This document shows, in pieces, positions 24,510 to 38,544 of a stretch of DNA of 64,000 nucleotides. Origin of the DNA: Convolutriloba macropyga. Its lineage: Eukaryota. The notes beneath the pieces are model-generated. The model did no database searches. It had not been told where the DNA came from and worked only from the letters and a program-made list of their open reading frames with translations. The stretch lies in NCBI RefSeq assembly GCF_964194025.1, contig NC_134474.1, forward strand, positions 20,956,001 to 21,020,000, written 5' to 3'. Each line of letters starts with the position of its first letter. The first letter of the stretch is position 1. The translations under genes and the position numbers were made by a program.

Positions 24510-25632
24510 ATGTCACTAAGCGGAGCAACGGTTTCTGAGAAGACCCTACAAGACTTCATCGACCTCAAGATGAACAAAATTCACGACTTCATGCTCATCA
24601 AGTTCGCCACCAAAGACTTCAAGGTTAGCAACGCTTTAAGCTTTCAGGGGGTAAAACAATGCATTTGAAATGTTCATGCATTTATTGCACATCTTGCTGG
24701 AATAATGAGATGATTCTGTGCTTGATTCTGAATTGCATCTCAAAAGTGAACAGCTAATTCGGATTTATTGTTTTTAAGTTGTTTTATTTTTCTGCCAGTT
24801 GACAAAACAAGTTACTTGCATAAAATCTTGACTTAAAAATTATTTTGATAACACAGTTCGGCATTTTTTAATGTAAAAAATATATCACTCATCAAGAAAA
24901 ACAGCTCTATAAATAGGATGAATAGAAAATTGACTTTTTGCTTCAGGAGTTAGTGACGAGTCACCTGGAGCCGAGAGACACAAAAATAAGCAATGTGGAC
25001 CAGTGGGATAAAATGAAGGGAATGTTGAGTGAGAATGAGGCAGCATTCATGGTATTCCCTCTCTCCTTCAAAATCAAAGAGGGTACGTGGCATATCATCA
25101 GACATGGGTTCATTTACAGAATAAAATTCCAATTTATATTATAGATACACAGGGAAAGAAATAAGCAAAAAGGCTAACAGTTACTATTTTCCTCCTCCGT
25201 CACCCCCTCGCCCCCCCCCCCCTTCGAGTCAATACATCGAGTCCGTTAATTGGCTTTGTTCAGTTCTTTAGATGAAAGTAGTTTTCACGAAAAAACTCAT
25301 GACACTCAAACTGATCCCACGTTTCACAGCAACATCTACTAAAAAGGCTGAGTTCTCAACTGAAAAAAAATCTTTACTATAAGCAGAATTCGTAAAATTT
25401 CAAAAATAAACAAGATTTCATTCCAGGTGGTGAAAGAGGCAAAGTAATCCTGGCATCTTGGATTCCCGACAACTGCAAACAGAAGGAGCGGATGGTATTC
25501 GCAGCATCCAAGGTCTATCTCAAGAACAAATTGGACGGAGTGGCCGAGGATTCCTTCCACGCTACAGAATTGAGCGAGTTGGACTATTGCGAAGTTGCCA
25601 CAACTGTTTCCAAAGGAAAAGCCGACGTGTGA
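24510..25632 (+). CDS. ADF/cofilin family actin-depolymerising protein, 151 aa; exons 24510-24623, 24947-25082, 25427-25632
   Basis: Spliced product MSLSGATVSEKTLQDFIDLKMNKIHDFMLIKF...GGERGKVILASWIPDNCKQKERMVFAASKVYLKNKLDGVAEDSFHATELSELDY aligns by eye end to end with cofilins (MSxSG, KI...W.PD...KM.YASSK). Splice sites are canonical, with phases 0 and 1. Confidence 0.92.
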
Positions 25633-25929
25633 ACAAAAATCACCTCCAGCAGAAGAATATCAAAGTGCAAAATAACTCTAAATAGTATATGTTTCTGTTT
25701 TTTAAACTCTATCTTCATTGGCTCTCAATGTTATAATTAGATAATTAGTTTGCTCAAAAATCAATCTATAGAAAGACTAAGATTCAGTCAAATAGTCCTC
25801 ATTTTTGATGCGAATAGTATGCAAGACAGACAATTTGCGGCTGTTACGTAATTGCACTGTAGAAATTTCTTTGATGCTTCATTTTTTCCTTTAATATATC
25901 ATCCGTTTTGATCTAAATGTGACTGATAA

Positions 25930-26685
25930 TCTTTCCTTCAATTGAAATAAAAGTTGCAAGTTAGTCTTCTCCTTACATTACCCAATATCCTTCAATACAC
26001 AACCGGATCTGATAAGACGAGCACAGCCGGTAGGCTGCCGGAAAACGGCAGATTCAAAAGAGCTTGAAAGAGGTACAGAGAAAAGCTAGAATTTTCGAAC
26101 CTGTTTTCTCAGAAGTTTCAAAAACCTGCTTTATGAAAATCTTTAGTGAGGAACATCTTTAGTAACAAAACCTCTTAGCCCCAATACTATTAACTTAACC
26201 ATTCGTGAAAACTCAACAACAGCTGAACCAACTTTTAGTTCCGCTCTTCAAGCAGTCGCTGTGCACAGTGAATCTTAGACGCTAGCAAAGCGCTGAAAAC
26301 TGCCCAATGACTTTGATGCCTTCAGTTTGCTCGCCTCAAAGACACAATTCAAACAAAATTAGAAAAAGTCAAGTAGTACTCGTGTTAATACCGGTCATCA
26401 TAAATCGAAACATACAAGTAATCAATAAACAAATTAAAAGCATACCCAAGTATAACCTGAACAATAAAAATCTAAAAACAAAATGGCAATCTGAATACCA
26501 GGTGTCATCAACTGTTTTATCAACTTTATCATCAAACACCAGTTTTATCAACTCAATTTTTCGTCAAATGAAGATCAGTTTTATCAAATGAATTTGTCGT
26601 CCACTGAACACCAGTTTTATCAACTGAATTTGTCATCAACTGAATAACAGTTTTATACTATCGAAGTCGGAAGTTCATGCAATAG
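25930..26685. repeat. Left copy of a ~755-bp duplicated flank (second copy 33894-34648); contains a ~31-bp atcaactg minisatellite
   Basis: Direct comparison shows about 4 differences between the copies. Confidence 0.95.
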
Positions 26686-29600
26686 TGTACCAGGAGAGGC
26701 ACGTGCTAAAAACTGTAACTTTGAAAACCAAGTCATAATGTTGATTTTATAGATGTAATTCAATGGTTAGGAAATGGATGACTTTTTCACGGTAGCAAAA
26801 GAAGATTTGTGAAGCAAATCTCACGAAAGTTTTAACTGTTGACAAGGAACAACAGTGGGCAAAGGGTAGCCCAGGCATATCGTGCCAAAGTAACTATAAC
26901 TCAAGGGTATTTTTTGAAACACCACCAACACTGGCGTCAGTGAAGCAAGCTGATTAGTTTGCTTCTCTGACGTCCGGCCACAACACCGCCAACACTACAC
27001 ATTCAAAACTAACTGAAGGCGGAACACCGCACAGTTTTTTCTGGTGACCCCCCCTAACCAAGCTCGAACGCGCAACCTCAAGGCAAAGGCAAGGGCAAAG
27101 GCAAAGACAAAGACCACGAATCATCCCAAAAGACCAAGACCCATCCCCCCACTGAAAAATAAAGACCCCCCAACACAGTCAACATTTCAACAACACAAAA
27201 CACAAAGCAGAATACAAACCTCCTGACAGCAATGCCGAACAGAACCATGCAACCACCCGTTTTAAAAGCAAAAATCAGGGTGATGGGGGAGAAAATTGCG
27301 AAGAACTTGCAAACCATGAGCGAATTGATTGACAGTGGGAACATAAACGCAGCGAAGAATGTTCATGAAAAGGCGGCGGAAACATTTTCGGAGTTCGAGG
27401 AAACCAGTTACGAGTTGATTTCACAGCTTGACGAAGATCAGCACGAGGAGTACATCGGAAAAATCACTGACACGTGGAACAACATCGACGACATGAAAAT
27501 TAAAATTCAGAATCACCTTTCGCAAGAAAACACCACAACAAACTACAACACACAAGACAACAACGAGACAACAGTAACAGCAAACTCGACATCGGATAAC
27601 TCAGCAACCAACAACAACATTAACACTAGAGCAATTGGACAACAGCAAACATCCGTTAACAGAAGTTTACACAACGAACAACCAGAAACTAGCAATTCCG
27701 CTCAACGTGACAACCTCAACAGCTTTTGGTATGATAGACTAGCTTACTCAAGCAGCCTAAACGACCAGCAGAACAGAGTTACTGGAATGGGGGACACACA
27801 AACATTCAATCAGCCAACAGAACAACCACAACAATTGTCAACAACGTTATCACAACCAGTTCCATTCTATACGCCTTATGTGGAAGCTCTTCCAAAGATG
27901 GATCTTCAGAAGTTCAACGGTGACCCGAGCAAATGGGCAGATTTGTACAGCCGTTTCAGTTTCATGATTGGAGACACTCAGCTCAGTGATGGACAGAAGA
28001 TCGCCTATCTACAGGGACTTGTAATTGGAAAAGCCTAAGCAATTGAAGGATTTGCCTGCAACGGACACCTGTACAAAGATGCAATAAACGAATTGAAACA
28101 GCGGTTTGGGAACCCAAACGTCATTATCAGCAACTTGTTGGAGAAACTCATCAACTACAGGCCACCAACGACATCTCTTCCTTGGACAATTGTAAATTTT
28201 TCCACATTCATTAACACCATGACAAGGACACTACAAGAACTCAACTTCGAAGCCGATCTCAACAGCACGACAATCTTGAAGCATGCAACCGACAAACTAC
28301 TTTACAGCGAAGAATTCAAATGGAATCAGTTTGTTTTACGACGAAGAATTCAGCAGCCCACACTTGCAGACTTCAACCAATGGATTAAAGAAATAGCAGA
28401 AGCACATGAACGTTCAACGAATCAAGGACGAAGCAATACTAGTCTCAGCACAAACAGTGATACACATCAACGAAAATTCAATTTAATTGGAAACCGACAA
28501 TTTCATCAACAACCAACTCATCCAAACAGGGAAGAACAGCAGCAACAACAACCAACACAGAACATAAACAACATTAGCAACAACAGGAACCAGTACAACC
28601 AGAGGAGCACAACACAAATGCTTCAAGCAACAAGGGGAAGCAACAGCAACAACCAGCCTCTGCCTTGTGTCTTCAACGACGGTAATCATCAGTTATTCCA
28701 TTGCCCAACGTTTAAAGCAAAGACAGCAGACGAAAGACTACAAACGGTTTATCAGTTGAACCTTTGCAGAAACTGTTTGGGAGCAAATCATCGAGCCAAC
28801 AACTGTCCTTCAACCTCTAATTGCAGGGAGCAAAGATGCGGACAGCGACACAACACTATGTTACACGGTGCCAACAGTAGATACGGACGAACAATGACAT
28901 CAATTGTTCAAGCAAACTCTCAATTGAGCAACTCAAGAGGAAATGGTAACTCATTTGCAGTCATCAACAACAAAGATACAGCCACAACAAAGGACACGAC
29001 AGCAGCAACAAAAACAACGAATCTTCTCTATGTCATGCCAGTTATTTTACACAACAAAGAGAACAAAGTTCGAACATACGCCTTCATCGACCCAGGAAGC
29101 AGCTTGACAATACTTCTCTCGAAGACAGCCCACGAACTACGCCTTCAGAAAGATGCGTGAAACAAGCATGCGTGAAACATGCGTGAAACAAGCAGATGGA
29201 CGTTATGAAACGGGACTTCTCTGGAAAGACGACAGCAGCTTACCAGACAACCGATCACAAGCCTTGACACATCTGAATCATCTTGTCAACAGACTACAGA
29301 AAAGACCTGAACAGTACAAGAAATACAATGAGGGCATTCAAGCAGACCTGGAAAAAGGCTACATTGCAAAAGTACCTTTCCATAGACAGAAAGAGACAGG
29401 ATGGTACATTCCACACTATGGTCTTGTCAGCCCAAACAAACCCGACAAAATACGAAGAATCTGCAATGCCAAAGCACCACAAAGCGGAACAAGCCTCAAT
29501 GACAAACTCTTAGCTGGACCTGACCTCCTCGGGAACATGCTTGGAATTTTGCTACGATTCCGACAGGGAGCCATCGCCATCCAGGGAGACATCGAAGCGA

Positions 29601-32600
29601 TGTTTATGCAAATCGGAGTACGACAACAGGACCGACGTTATCTACGATTCATGTGGAGACAACCCAACAGCCCAAAATTAGAGGTGTACGAATACCAAAG
29701 ACACATCTTTGGAGCCAGAGACTCACCAGCTTGCGCAAATTTTTTTTTGCAACAGACAGCCAAAGACGACATCGAAGATCACCCAAATTCTCTAGAGATC
29801 ATTCAGAGGACATTCTACATGGATGACATGGTTGCATCTTTCAGCGACGCCATCACAGCTTTCACTACAGCCAAGGATGTCAAGGATACTCTGAAGAATG
29901 GTAAATTCAATCTGACAAAATGGTGCAGCAACAGCCGTGAGTTTTGTGAGCAGATGCAAGATGATCTATGCAAACCAGTGGAGGAGCTCTTCAGTAAAGG
30001 TTTTCATCAAAGAGCACTTGGAGTTTACTGGAGCTTAGACGAAGACAAAATCATGTTCAAAGCGAAAGACAGAAGGAACCTGGACAGGAAAACTTGGACC
30101 CAACGCAAGTTTCTCTCTTTCGTGTCAAGTTTCTACGATCCTTTGGGAATCATATCGCCATTCCTCATACGAGCCAAGATTCTACTGCAAGAGTTGTGGA
30201 AACATGGACGCGAATGGGACAAAGCTATCAGTGGAGACAAAGGAAAGGCCGTCAAAGATTGGGTACAGGAAACGGAACAGATAGGTACAGTAGGGGTAAA
30301 CAGGTTGGTAGGTGGTACAGCACTTGGGGACACAATGGAACTTCATGTATTCTGCGACGCATCATTGGAAGCAACAGCAGCAGTAGCATACATCAAGACA
30401 ACCATGAACCAAGAAACCACAACTCGTTTTCTCATGGGAAAAACAAGAGTGGCACCCTTACGTCAAACAACAATTCCCAGACTAGAACTGCAAGCAGCAC
30501 TTTACGCGGCAAGATTGAAGAAAACAATTGAGGATGAAATGGATTTTAAGTTTGACAAAATCTTTCTGTGGAGTGACAGCACGACTGTTCTCAGTTGGAT
30601 AAAGAACTTCAAATTGAAACACAAGATGTACATCGGAAACCGAATTGCCGAAATAAGGAATCTCACAAACACCAATCAGTGGAACTACGTCAACACCAAG
30701 GACAACCCAGCAGATCAAGGAACCAGGGGACTAACAGCAACAGAAATGACAGAAAAATCTCTTTGGTTACAGGGACCACAGTTTCTTCTATCTTCTAGCG
30801 ACAACTCCACAACAGACGAACAACAACACGAAACTGTTTTCTTGAACAGCGCAGAACAGAAGCCTCAGGCAACACGACGACAGCCAATTGACAAAGACCT
30901 AATTGATGCCAACAGGTTTAGCCAGTGGTTGAAACTAAGAGCCGTCATCATCAAAATGAAAAACCTCTGAAACAAAACGAGAACACGGGACCAGCAGATC
31001 ATAGATGCAGAGAACTTTCTTTTCCGTCTATCTCAGCAACAATCATTCGACGAGGACATAAATAAACTAACACTCAACAAGCCAATTCAAAAACGGAGTA
31101 GATTGATTCAGTTGACACCTTCAATAGACGAAGACGGTATCCTTCGATCAAATAGCAGACTAGCCAACGCACCAGTTTCAACAGCAATAAAGAAGCCAAT
31201 AATCTTAGACGGTAGGAACAGGATTATTCGTCTTTTTCTGGAACTGCAACACAACATCAATGGTCATGTGGGAGTCGAACAGCAGACACACAGCATTCAG
31301 TTGAATTACTGGGTTCTTCAATGCAAAACAGTAATGAAGAAGATCTCAAATAGATGCCACGAATGCAGACGACAAAGACAACTCAACAGCCAGCCTCAGA
31401 TGTCAGATCTTCCGAGTTACCGATTCTCAGTCAGACCTGTAGCCTTCAAGGAGACCGGAGTAGACTTTTTTGGGCCATTTGAAATCTACAGCCAGATCAA
31501 CACAGCCATGAAAGTTTACTGTTGCTTATTCACTTGTCTGACGATACGAGCCGTTCATATCGAAGTAACCAGAAACTTGCAGAAGGAATCATGCATAATG
31601 GCATTCCAACGATTCTTCAGCCGACGAGGACTACCGGAAAGAATTCACAGTGACAACGCCTTATATTTCACCAGTACAGCAAAGACCTTCGAGGAAAGCA
31701 GCTTCACCACTACAGAGATACAGAAATATGCGGAATCGAAAAAGATTTCATGGAAATTTATTCCACCAGGAGCACCGCATTTTGGTGGACCATGGGAACG
31801 CCTCATTGGGATGAGCAAACGACTCTTCTTCAATATCGCCGGATCTAGAAAACTCCAGGAAGACAGTTTCTCAACCCTTATTTGCCAAGTCGAAGCCCTA
31901 CTCAACAGCAGACCTCTAACATCAGTCAGAAGTGACATACGCGATGTGGAAAGCCTGACACCAGGACATTTTTTGACAGGAATGACAACAGGACTGCCAT
32001 CAGATACTACAATTAGCAACAATGACAGAGGAACAGGAAAACTATGGAACAATGTCAACAGTATCATGAACGAGTTTTGGACACGCCTTTTAAAGGAATA
32101 TCTCCCAACACTCAGACAACGTCAAAAATGGCATTCAACGGTTGACGGAATAGAAGTAGGGGACATGGTATGGATACTAGAAAACAACACACCAGGGGTA
32201 TTTGGCCGGTAGGTAGGGTACAGAAGGTAAATAAAAGTAAGGATAATGAGGTAAGGTCTTGCCTGGTTAAAACAACAAAAGGGCATTTCGTTAAACCAGC
32301 TATTAAACTTAGTTTGATTAGCGACAAATCAACATAAAGATTATCAATATTAAATGGGGAACAATAATTCAAACACAATTTGAAGCAAACTTGATATCAG
32401 TTTTGGGATTAGCGTAAAGTGAAAGATGAAAATTTTAAAGTTCAATTCAATGAATTAGCAATTCAAAGGGACTATTAGGTATTATTCAGGTACAATTAGG
32501 GATTTCAATAAGTAACTCACAAGGCAACTCAAATTAGCAAAGCTTATCGTACATTAGATAAATACATTCAAACGGGAAAATTTAGGTAGGTAGGTTTAAC

Positions 32601-33821
32601 AGGAAGACAAAATCTGGATAGACATTAGGTAGGTTTTGGAATTCAAATGCACAATTAATTAGCTTATTGCAAAACAGCAGAGAGTTGAACCGACAGGATA
32701 AAAGTATGTTGAATAGTTATATGACACTAAACAGCTTAGGTAAAACCAGACATCAGCGGTAAAAATTATTACAAAACATTTGGTATTCCGACAAACTCTA
32801 ATTTGGGAAAACAGGTAAACGTAGGGAATAGGTACAAGAAAGTGGTAGGTTTAGGTAGGTAGGGAACACGGAGAGCCTCAGGTTTTCAACTTTCAAGGAG
32901 CAGACCAGCAACAACAACATTTGACAATCGCCAATCAGCCAATACAGAAGTCGATTTAAAACAACTACAAATGTACACAGTTAAACGCAATCAGCACAAA
33001 AAGCAATTCAACTTTCCAGCATACCACTTTCATATAACACTACAAGCAGCACGTTGACAACCAGTACACAGCAACAATCTACAGACAACACCGACGGAAG
33101 ACATCAGCAGAAATTTCACTACAACAACAAACACTTCAGCAAGAATTACTTCAGAAGAAGCAACAGAATTTTTTGAACAGCAGTCAACACATTCATCAAC
33201 AGCAGACCTTATCAAAGTCAAGACAAACATACTTGTAGATATGGACGAGTCCATTACTTAAAGATCAGCGTTTTATTGAGGACACAACTCAATACAACAT
33301 TTCAACAATCATCAGCAGATGAAGTAAGAAATACAGTTCAGCTACACGATAAACACAACAGAGCAAAAGAGAACACGACGAGACGACAAAGAGCAACTTC
33401 AAACAGACTTCAACAACAACAACAGATCGACTACAAACTTTCTGATTTTTGGTGCCCAAAAATGGGGGCCCAGTTCACCAGGAGAGGCACGTGCTAAAAA
33501 CTGTAACTTTGAAAACCAAGTCATAATGTTGATTTTATAGATGTAATTCAATGGTTAGGAAATGGATGACTTTTTCACGGTAGCAAAAGAAGATTTGTGA
33601 AGCAAATCTCACGGAAGTTTTAACTGTTGACAAGGAACAACAGTGGGCAAAGGGTAGCCCAGGCATATCGTGCCAAAGTAACTATAACTCAAGGGTATTT
33701 TTTGAAACACCACCAACACTGGCGTCAGTGAAGCAAGCTGATTAGTTTGCTTCTCTGACGTCCGGCCACAACACCGCCAACACTACACATTCAAAACTAA
33801 CTGAAGGCGGAACACCGCACA
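26686..33821 (+). mobile_element. BEL/Pao LTR retrotransposon, defective; LTRs 26686-27033 and 33474-33821
   Basis: 348-bp LTRs (TG...CA in the 5' copy). PBS tggtgacccc is complementary to the tRNA-Trp 3' end. Purine tract aaaatggggg precedes the 3' LTR. Domain order is gag-PR-RT-RNH-IN with Pao-type motifs. Confidence 0.96.
27232..32337 (+). pseudogene. BEL/Pao gag-pol polyprotein, disrupted
   Basis: Gag LPKMDLQKFNGDPSKW; three Cys-His knuckles; protease AFIDPGSS; RT YMDD; RNase H FCDAS/TIPRLEL/WSDST/NPAD; integrase H..H..CHEC, GVDFFGP, SDNA, WERLI. In-frame stops at 28036 and 30968, a deletion/frameshift near 29155 and a frameshift near 32200. Confidence 0.95.
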
Positions 33822-33893
33822 GCTTTTTCTGGTGACCCCCCCTAACCAAGCTCGAACGCGCAACCTCAAGGCAAAGGCAAGGGAACCTCATTT

Positions 33894-34648
33894 TCTTTCC
33901 TTCAATTGAAATAAAAGTTGCAAGTTAGTCTTCTCCTTACATTACCCAATATCCGTCAATACACAACCGGATCTGATAAGACGAGCACAGCCGGTAGGCT
34001 GCCGGAAAACGGCAGATTCAAAAGAGCTTGAAAGAGGTACAGAGAAAAGCTAGAATTTTCGAACCTGTTTTCTCAGAAGTTTCAAAAACTTGCTTTATGA
34101 AAATCTTTAGTGAGGAACATCTTTAGTAACAAAACCTCTTAGCCCCAATACTATTAACTTAACCATTCGTGAAAACTCAACAACAGCTGAACCAACTTTT
34201 AGTTCCGCTCTTCAAGCAGTCGCTGTGCACAGTGAATCTTAGACGCTAGCAAAGCGCTGAAAATTGCCCAATGACTTTGATGCCTTCAGTTTGCTCGCCT
34301 CAAAGACACAATTCAAACAAAATTAGAAAAAGTCAAGTAGTACTCGTGTTAATACCGGTCATCATAAATCGAAACATACAAGTAATCAATAAACAAATTA
34401 AAAGCATACCCAAGTATAACCTGAACAATAAAAATCTAAAACAAAATGGCAATCTGAATACCAGGTGTCATCAACTGTTTTATCAACTTTATCATCAAAC
34501 ACCAGTTTTATCAACTCAATTTTTCGTCAAATGAAGATCAGTTTTATCAAATGAATTTGTCGTCCACTGAACACCAGTTTTATCAACTGAATTTGTCATC
34601 AACTGAATAACAGTTTTATACTATCGAAGTCGGAAGTTCATGCAATAG
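33894..34648. repeat. Right copy of the duplicated flank (copy of 25930-26685)
   Basis: Near-identical sequence at offset 7963-7964. Confidence 0.95.
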
Positions 34649-36111
34649 TGTACCAGGAGAGGCACGTGCTAAAAACTGTAACTTTGAAAACCAAGTCATA
34701 ATGTTGATTTTATAGATGTAATTCAATGGTTAGGAAATGGATGACTTTTTCACGGTAGCAAAAGAAGATTTGTGAAGCAAATCTCACGAAAGTTTTAACT
34801 GTTGACAAGGAACAACAGTGGGCAAAGGGTAGCCCAGGCATATCGTGCCAAAGTAACTATAACTCAAGGGTATTTTTTGAAACACCACCAACACTGGCGT
34901 CAGTGAAGCAAGCTGATTAGTTTGCTTCTCTGACGTCCGGCCACAACACCGCCAACACTACACATTCAAAACTAACTGAAGGCGGAACACCGCACAAATA
35001 GCAAGGAATACGGCCAGGCAACAGTGTAATGGAGTCGCAGCTTGCGTGCTATTCTGTCAATCTCTCTAAACTGAGCTTCCGACAGATTTCTATCGACATG
35101 CACCAAACAGGTTTCTCTGTAGATTAGCTGAACAGGATGTTTATTCAACAATTCCGATGTTTCTTTTCGAACAAATTCAATTGATCACCATCAGCACTCA
35201 CTACAATTTTCCCTACCGAATCCTGGGAAAAGCTGACAAGAATTGCCTGCAGTTCAGGCTGGGTTTTGATTGCATGTAGAATGATCTTATCCTGTTCATT
35301 GTTTGTTTCGTTGGAGACACCGTTTATAACGCATAGCCTATCGCTTCTCTCGACTTGACAAAACGAGTATTTATAGAAGCACAGAAAACGTATTTTACAG
35401 GTAGACTGTTCCAGAAATGTATGCAAATTTTCAACTTTGGCTCCTACCACTGAAAGATATCGTATTGTGGGACAAAACCGGAACACGTGAAGTTGACCTG
35501 AAACAAAAATCCTCTAGCACTATTAAGAATTGCAAAAATGATAAAACAGATTGTGTACAGAGAATTTCCCAATGGTCCTAAAACAAGACTCAAGAACAAA
35601 GGATTGATCGAACAAAGAGCACTGTCTCAGACCAAACTTTTAAATGGATCGCCTGAAAAATATAAAACTGAAACTCAAATTTGTGGCTTTAACTCGCACC
35701 GTCTGTTTATGTAAACCTCTGAAAATGAAGTAGTTGAAATTACAATTTAGAAAGTAAGTTCAGAAACTCTCGTGAACTGAAAAACTACTGAAAACATACA
35801 TGAGAATACTTAACGAAAAGGCACAATAATGTGCGTCATGTTCGGACCAATTTTAACTGAAAATCTCCGCAGATCTTTTCATTCAGACCACAGAGTAGGA
35901 TTTTAGGGCAAAATGATGATAAATTCAGTTTAATTTTAAGTTCTAATAGTCTCTCGAGAAACGATAAATGAGTACTAATAAAGCGTCTTCTTTATCCAAA
36001 AAAAGTGTAGAATGAAAACCTTTTCAAACCAGTCTAGTTCCACAAGTCTGCGCAAAAGTATTCTTGATCTTTTTATCTGTAAAAGAGCTTATCTTCCAAT
36101 TTGTTGAAGAG
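34616..36111 (-). pseudogene. Decayed multi-exon gene, probably a paralog of the F-box-like gene at 38.5-39.6 kb; last exon interrupted by the solo LTR
   Basis: ORF 35145-35486 follows a tttcAG acceptor and continues after a frameshift as IEFVRKETSELL...RLHYTVAWPYSLL[LTR]LHELPTSIV*. Short segments resemble the neighbour (NWKIS/CWKID, FLEQSTCKI/FLSSTCKV). Confidence 0.45.
34649..34996 (+). mobile_element. Solo LTR of the BEL/Pao element with 5-bp TSD AATAG
   Basis: aatag|tgtaccagg...ccgcaca|aatag; 348 bp; matches the 5' LTR. Confidence 0.96.
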
Positions 36112-37238
36112 CTGCAAAAATTAAAAAATAAACAATTCTGAAGATAAGATTATAATAAAGGTTAAAAAACTATTAAAAATAAGCTATGTGACAATTATAA
36201 AAACGTTGCTGGTTTTGTTGTTTCGGCTAACTTCAATTGGCAGCTACAAAGAATCCTTCTCAGATACAATTGTCGTGCCGGTAAAATCACAAAAAGTTGA
36301 AAACTAATTAAAAAACTGCTTAAAGTTATTCCCACAAGTTTCACATATTGAACCCTCATCACTCAATAGGTTTCATTGTAGCAAGAGAGTTAATTGCAGA
36401 ATGCGCGCAATTCAAATCACTCAAAACAACTAAAACGTCTAGCGTGAACAATTCACTCTAAAATGAATATCGAAAGAATGTTCTAGAAGAAAGCTGTGAA
36501 GCAAAATTTTGCAGAAGAGACACATTTATAAAAATTTCCTCCAACTTCATTCGAAACAATTAAAAATTCAACAATGACTCAAGGAAAAGTGCGTCGTCTT
36601 TATTTTGAAAAACTTATAAATGGTACATCAAAAGGTTGCTAATCTATTGCATTTTTTAATTTATGAAACCAAGCGATATTTAAAAAATGCACATTACATA
36701 GCATTATATGAATCCTAAAATTTTGAAACCCGATGAAAAGAGCCATTTCCTGGATCACAGCAGTTTCCTTTTGAAAACCGAATTTTCAAATCTTTTTCCC
36801 AGGGAGCAAAAAAAGTGCACGAAATAATCTCCAGAAATTCACAAAAACAAACAATAAATAAAAATAGTTATTCGTCGAATTATCTCGAAATCTCATGACA
36901 ATATTCTACGGAAAAAACAGCTGAATATTTTATGACACATAATTTATCATTTTATTTATTGGACATAAATTGAATGAAAATGTTTACAAGACATGGCTCG
37001 GCATAAGACTGCTATTGTTTGTCATACTCTTAAACATTAAATATTGACTGAACTACAATGGAACCTAAAATTTCACAAATTTTAAATTTTTGTTTCCTTG
37101 TTGCTACAATAAAGAAAATTTGTTTGAATGATCTGCGCTTCGCATAGTATAGGTAACACGTGGTTACATTGCTAGAATACATTCTGCTCAGAAATTTCAT
37201 TTTGATAAACTAAAAAACAAACCAACTAAGGTCGGTTG

Positions 37239-37612
37239 AATTGCTCTCGAACGCCAGGCGGGGGAGGGCTACTTAAGATAAAGTAAGGGTGTAGCTTGGA
37301 AATTTTTTATGGGTGCAAAATCGTGGACCTCATAAGGGTTCATATCTCAGACCTGAAGGATAGAAGTCAGACTTCTCAACGACCAAGCTACAACAGCTTT
37401 GAGAATTATCCGCTTAACAATCGTATTTATAATCGTAAGTTCATTTCCGAATGAGAGCAATTGAAATAACTAAAATGAAGTGAAGCGTGAAAATTCATTG
37501 GAGAAGTCAGAGATTGTTCTACAACAAAAGCGCAAAAATGGTAAAGCAAAAATTTTGCATAACAGACCAACACATTTACAAAAATTACTTCAAATTCCGT
37601 TCCAGAGCAATT
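37239..37612. mobile_element. MITE-like element, best-preserved copy of the AATTGCTCTCGAACG-TIR family
   Basis: aattgctctcgaacg (37239-37253) and cgttccagagcaatt (37598-37612) form a 14/15 inverted match. Partial relatives lie near 8940-9115, 14815-15048, 37960-38114 and 52080-52440. Confidence 0.65.
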
Positions 37613-38544
37613 AAAAAGTAACTAAAAAAAAGCAAATTACAGATTTTTGAAATTGATTTTCATCAATCTCAAATAGAATTTGAAAAGATGCAGAACGTAT
37701 AGAACACTGGAAAAGGTTAAAACCACTTCGATGAAATTTTCACCTATCCGTATCATTGTTACTTCTGTATAACTGTTAGGAAAAATTTACACATTTCTAA
37801 AATAGGCTCAATTCTAAATATTGCTACATTAAAGCAAATTAGGCAATACAATTATTCCAAAGAAGGTAAATTCAAAGCTTTTCGCGAATCTTTACGATTA
37901 TAAAAATAGGTTTATCAAAAAACGCATAAAAAAATTGAAAAAACTAGTATATGTGATAGAAAATTACATTGAAATTGGATGCAAAGAGAGTTTTGTCAAA
38001 TGATCAGACTATTTAAAAAATCAAACAGACAAAGAATCGGTAAAACGAAAAAATGCATAAAAGATACCAGGTAGGTCTAATAAAATTGTTACAAACTTCG
38101 TCTGAGAACAATTAAAAACGATGAACCGACATCGCAGTTTACTTTAAGTTCAAATATACTTAGCTGCGCAGAAATTTTTTATGCAAAATAAGCCGTATAA
38201 ATATTAAAACACTGTTCGAATTACGAGCACCGATACTTTCCAGGGTTTCATCACAATCATTTTTTATTTTTTGAAAAACCCAGTGCATATATGGCAACCA
38301 AATTGCAAAGATTGGTTCATGCTGAAAACGAAACGGCTAGTTCCTGAAACAAATCAATATGATGTCGATAACTAAACATTGAAAAAAATTGATGCAGAAT
38401 CTAACAGTTTTTAAAACTTCACACTGTTTTTAAAAACTGTTTTTAAATAGGCTCAAACTTAAGTGTTATCCCAAAAATTTTTTGCTATTATTCGCTTGTC
38501 GATAAATTATCAGCTGAGGGTAAACCAAGATTTGTGAGCAATAT

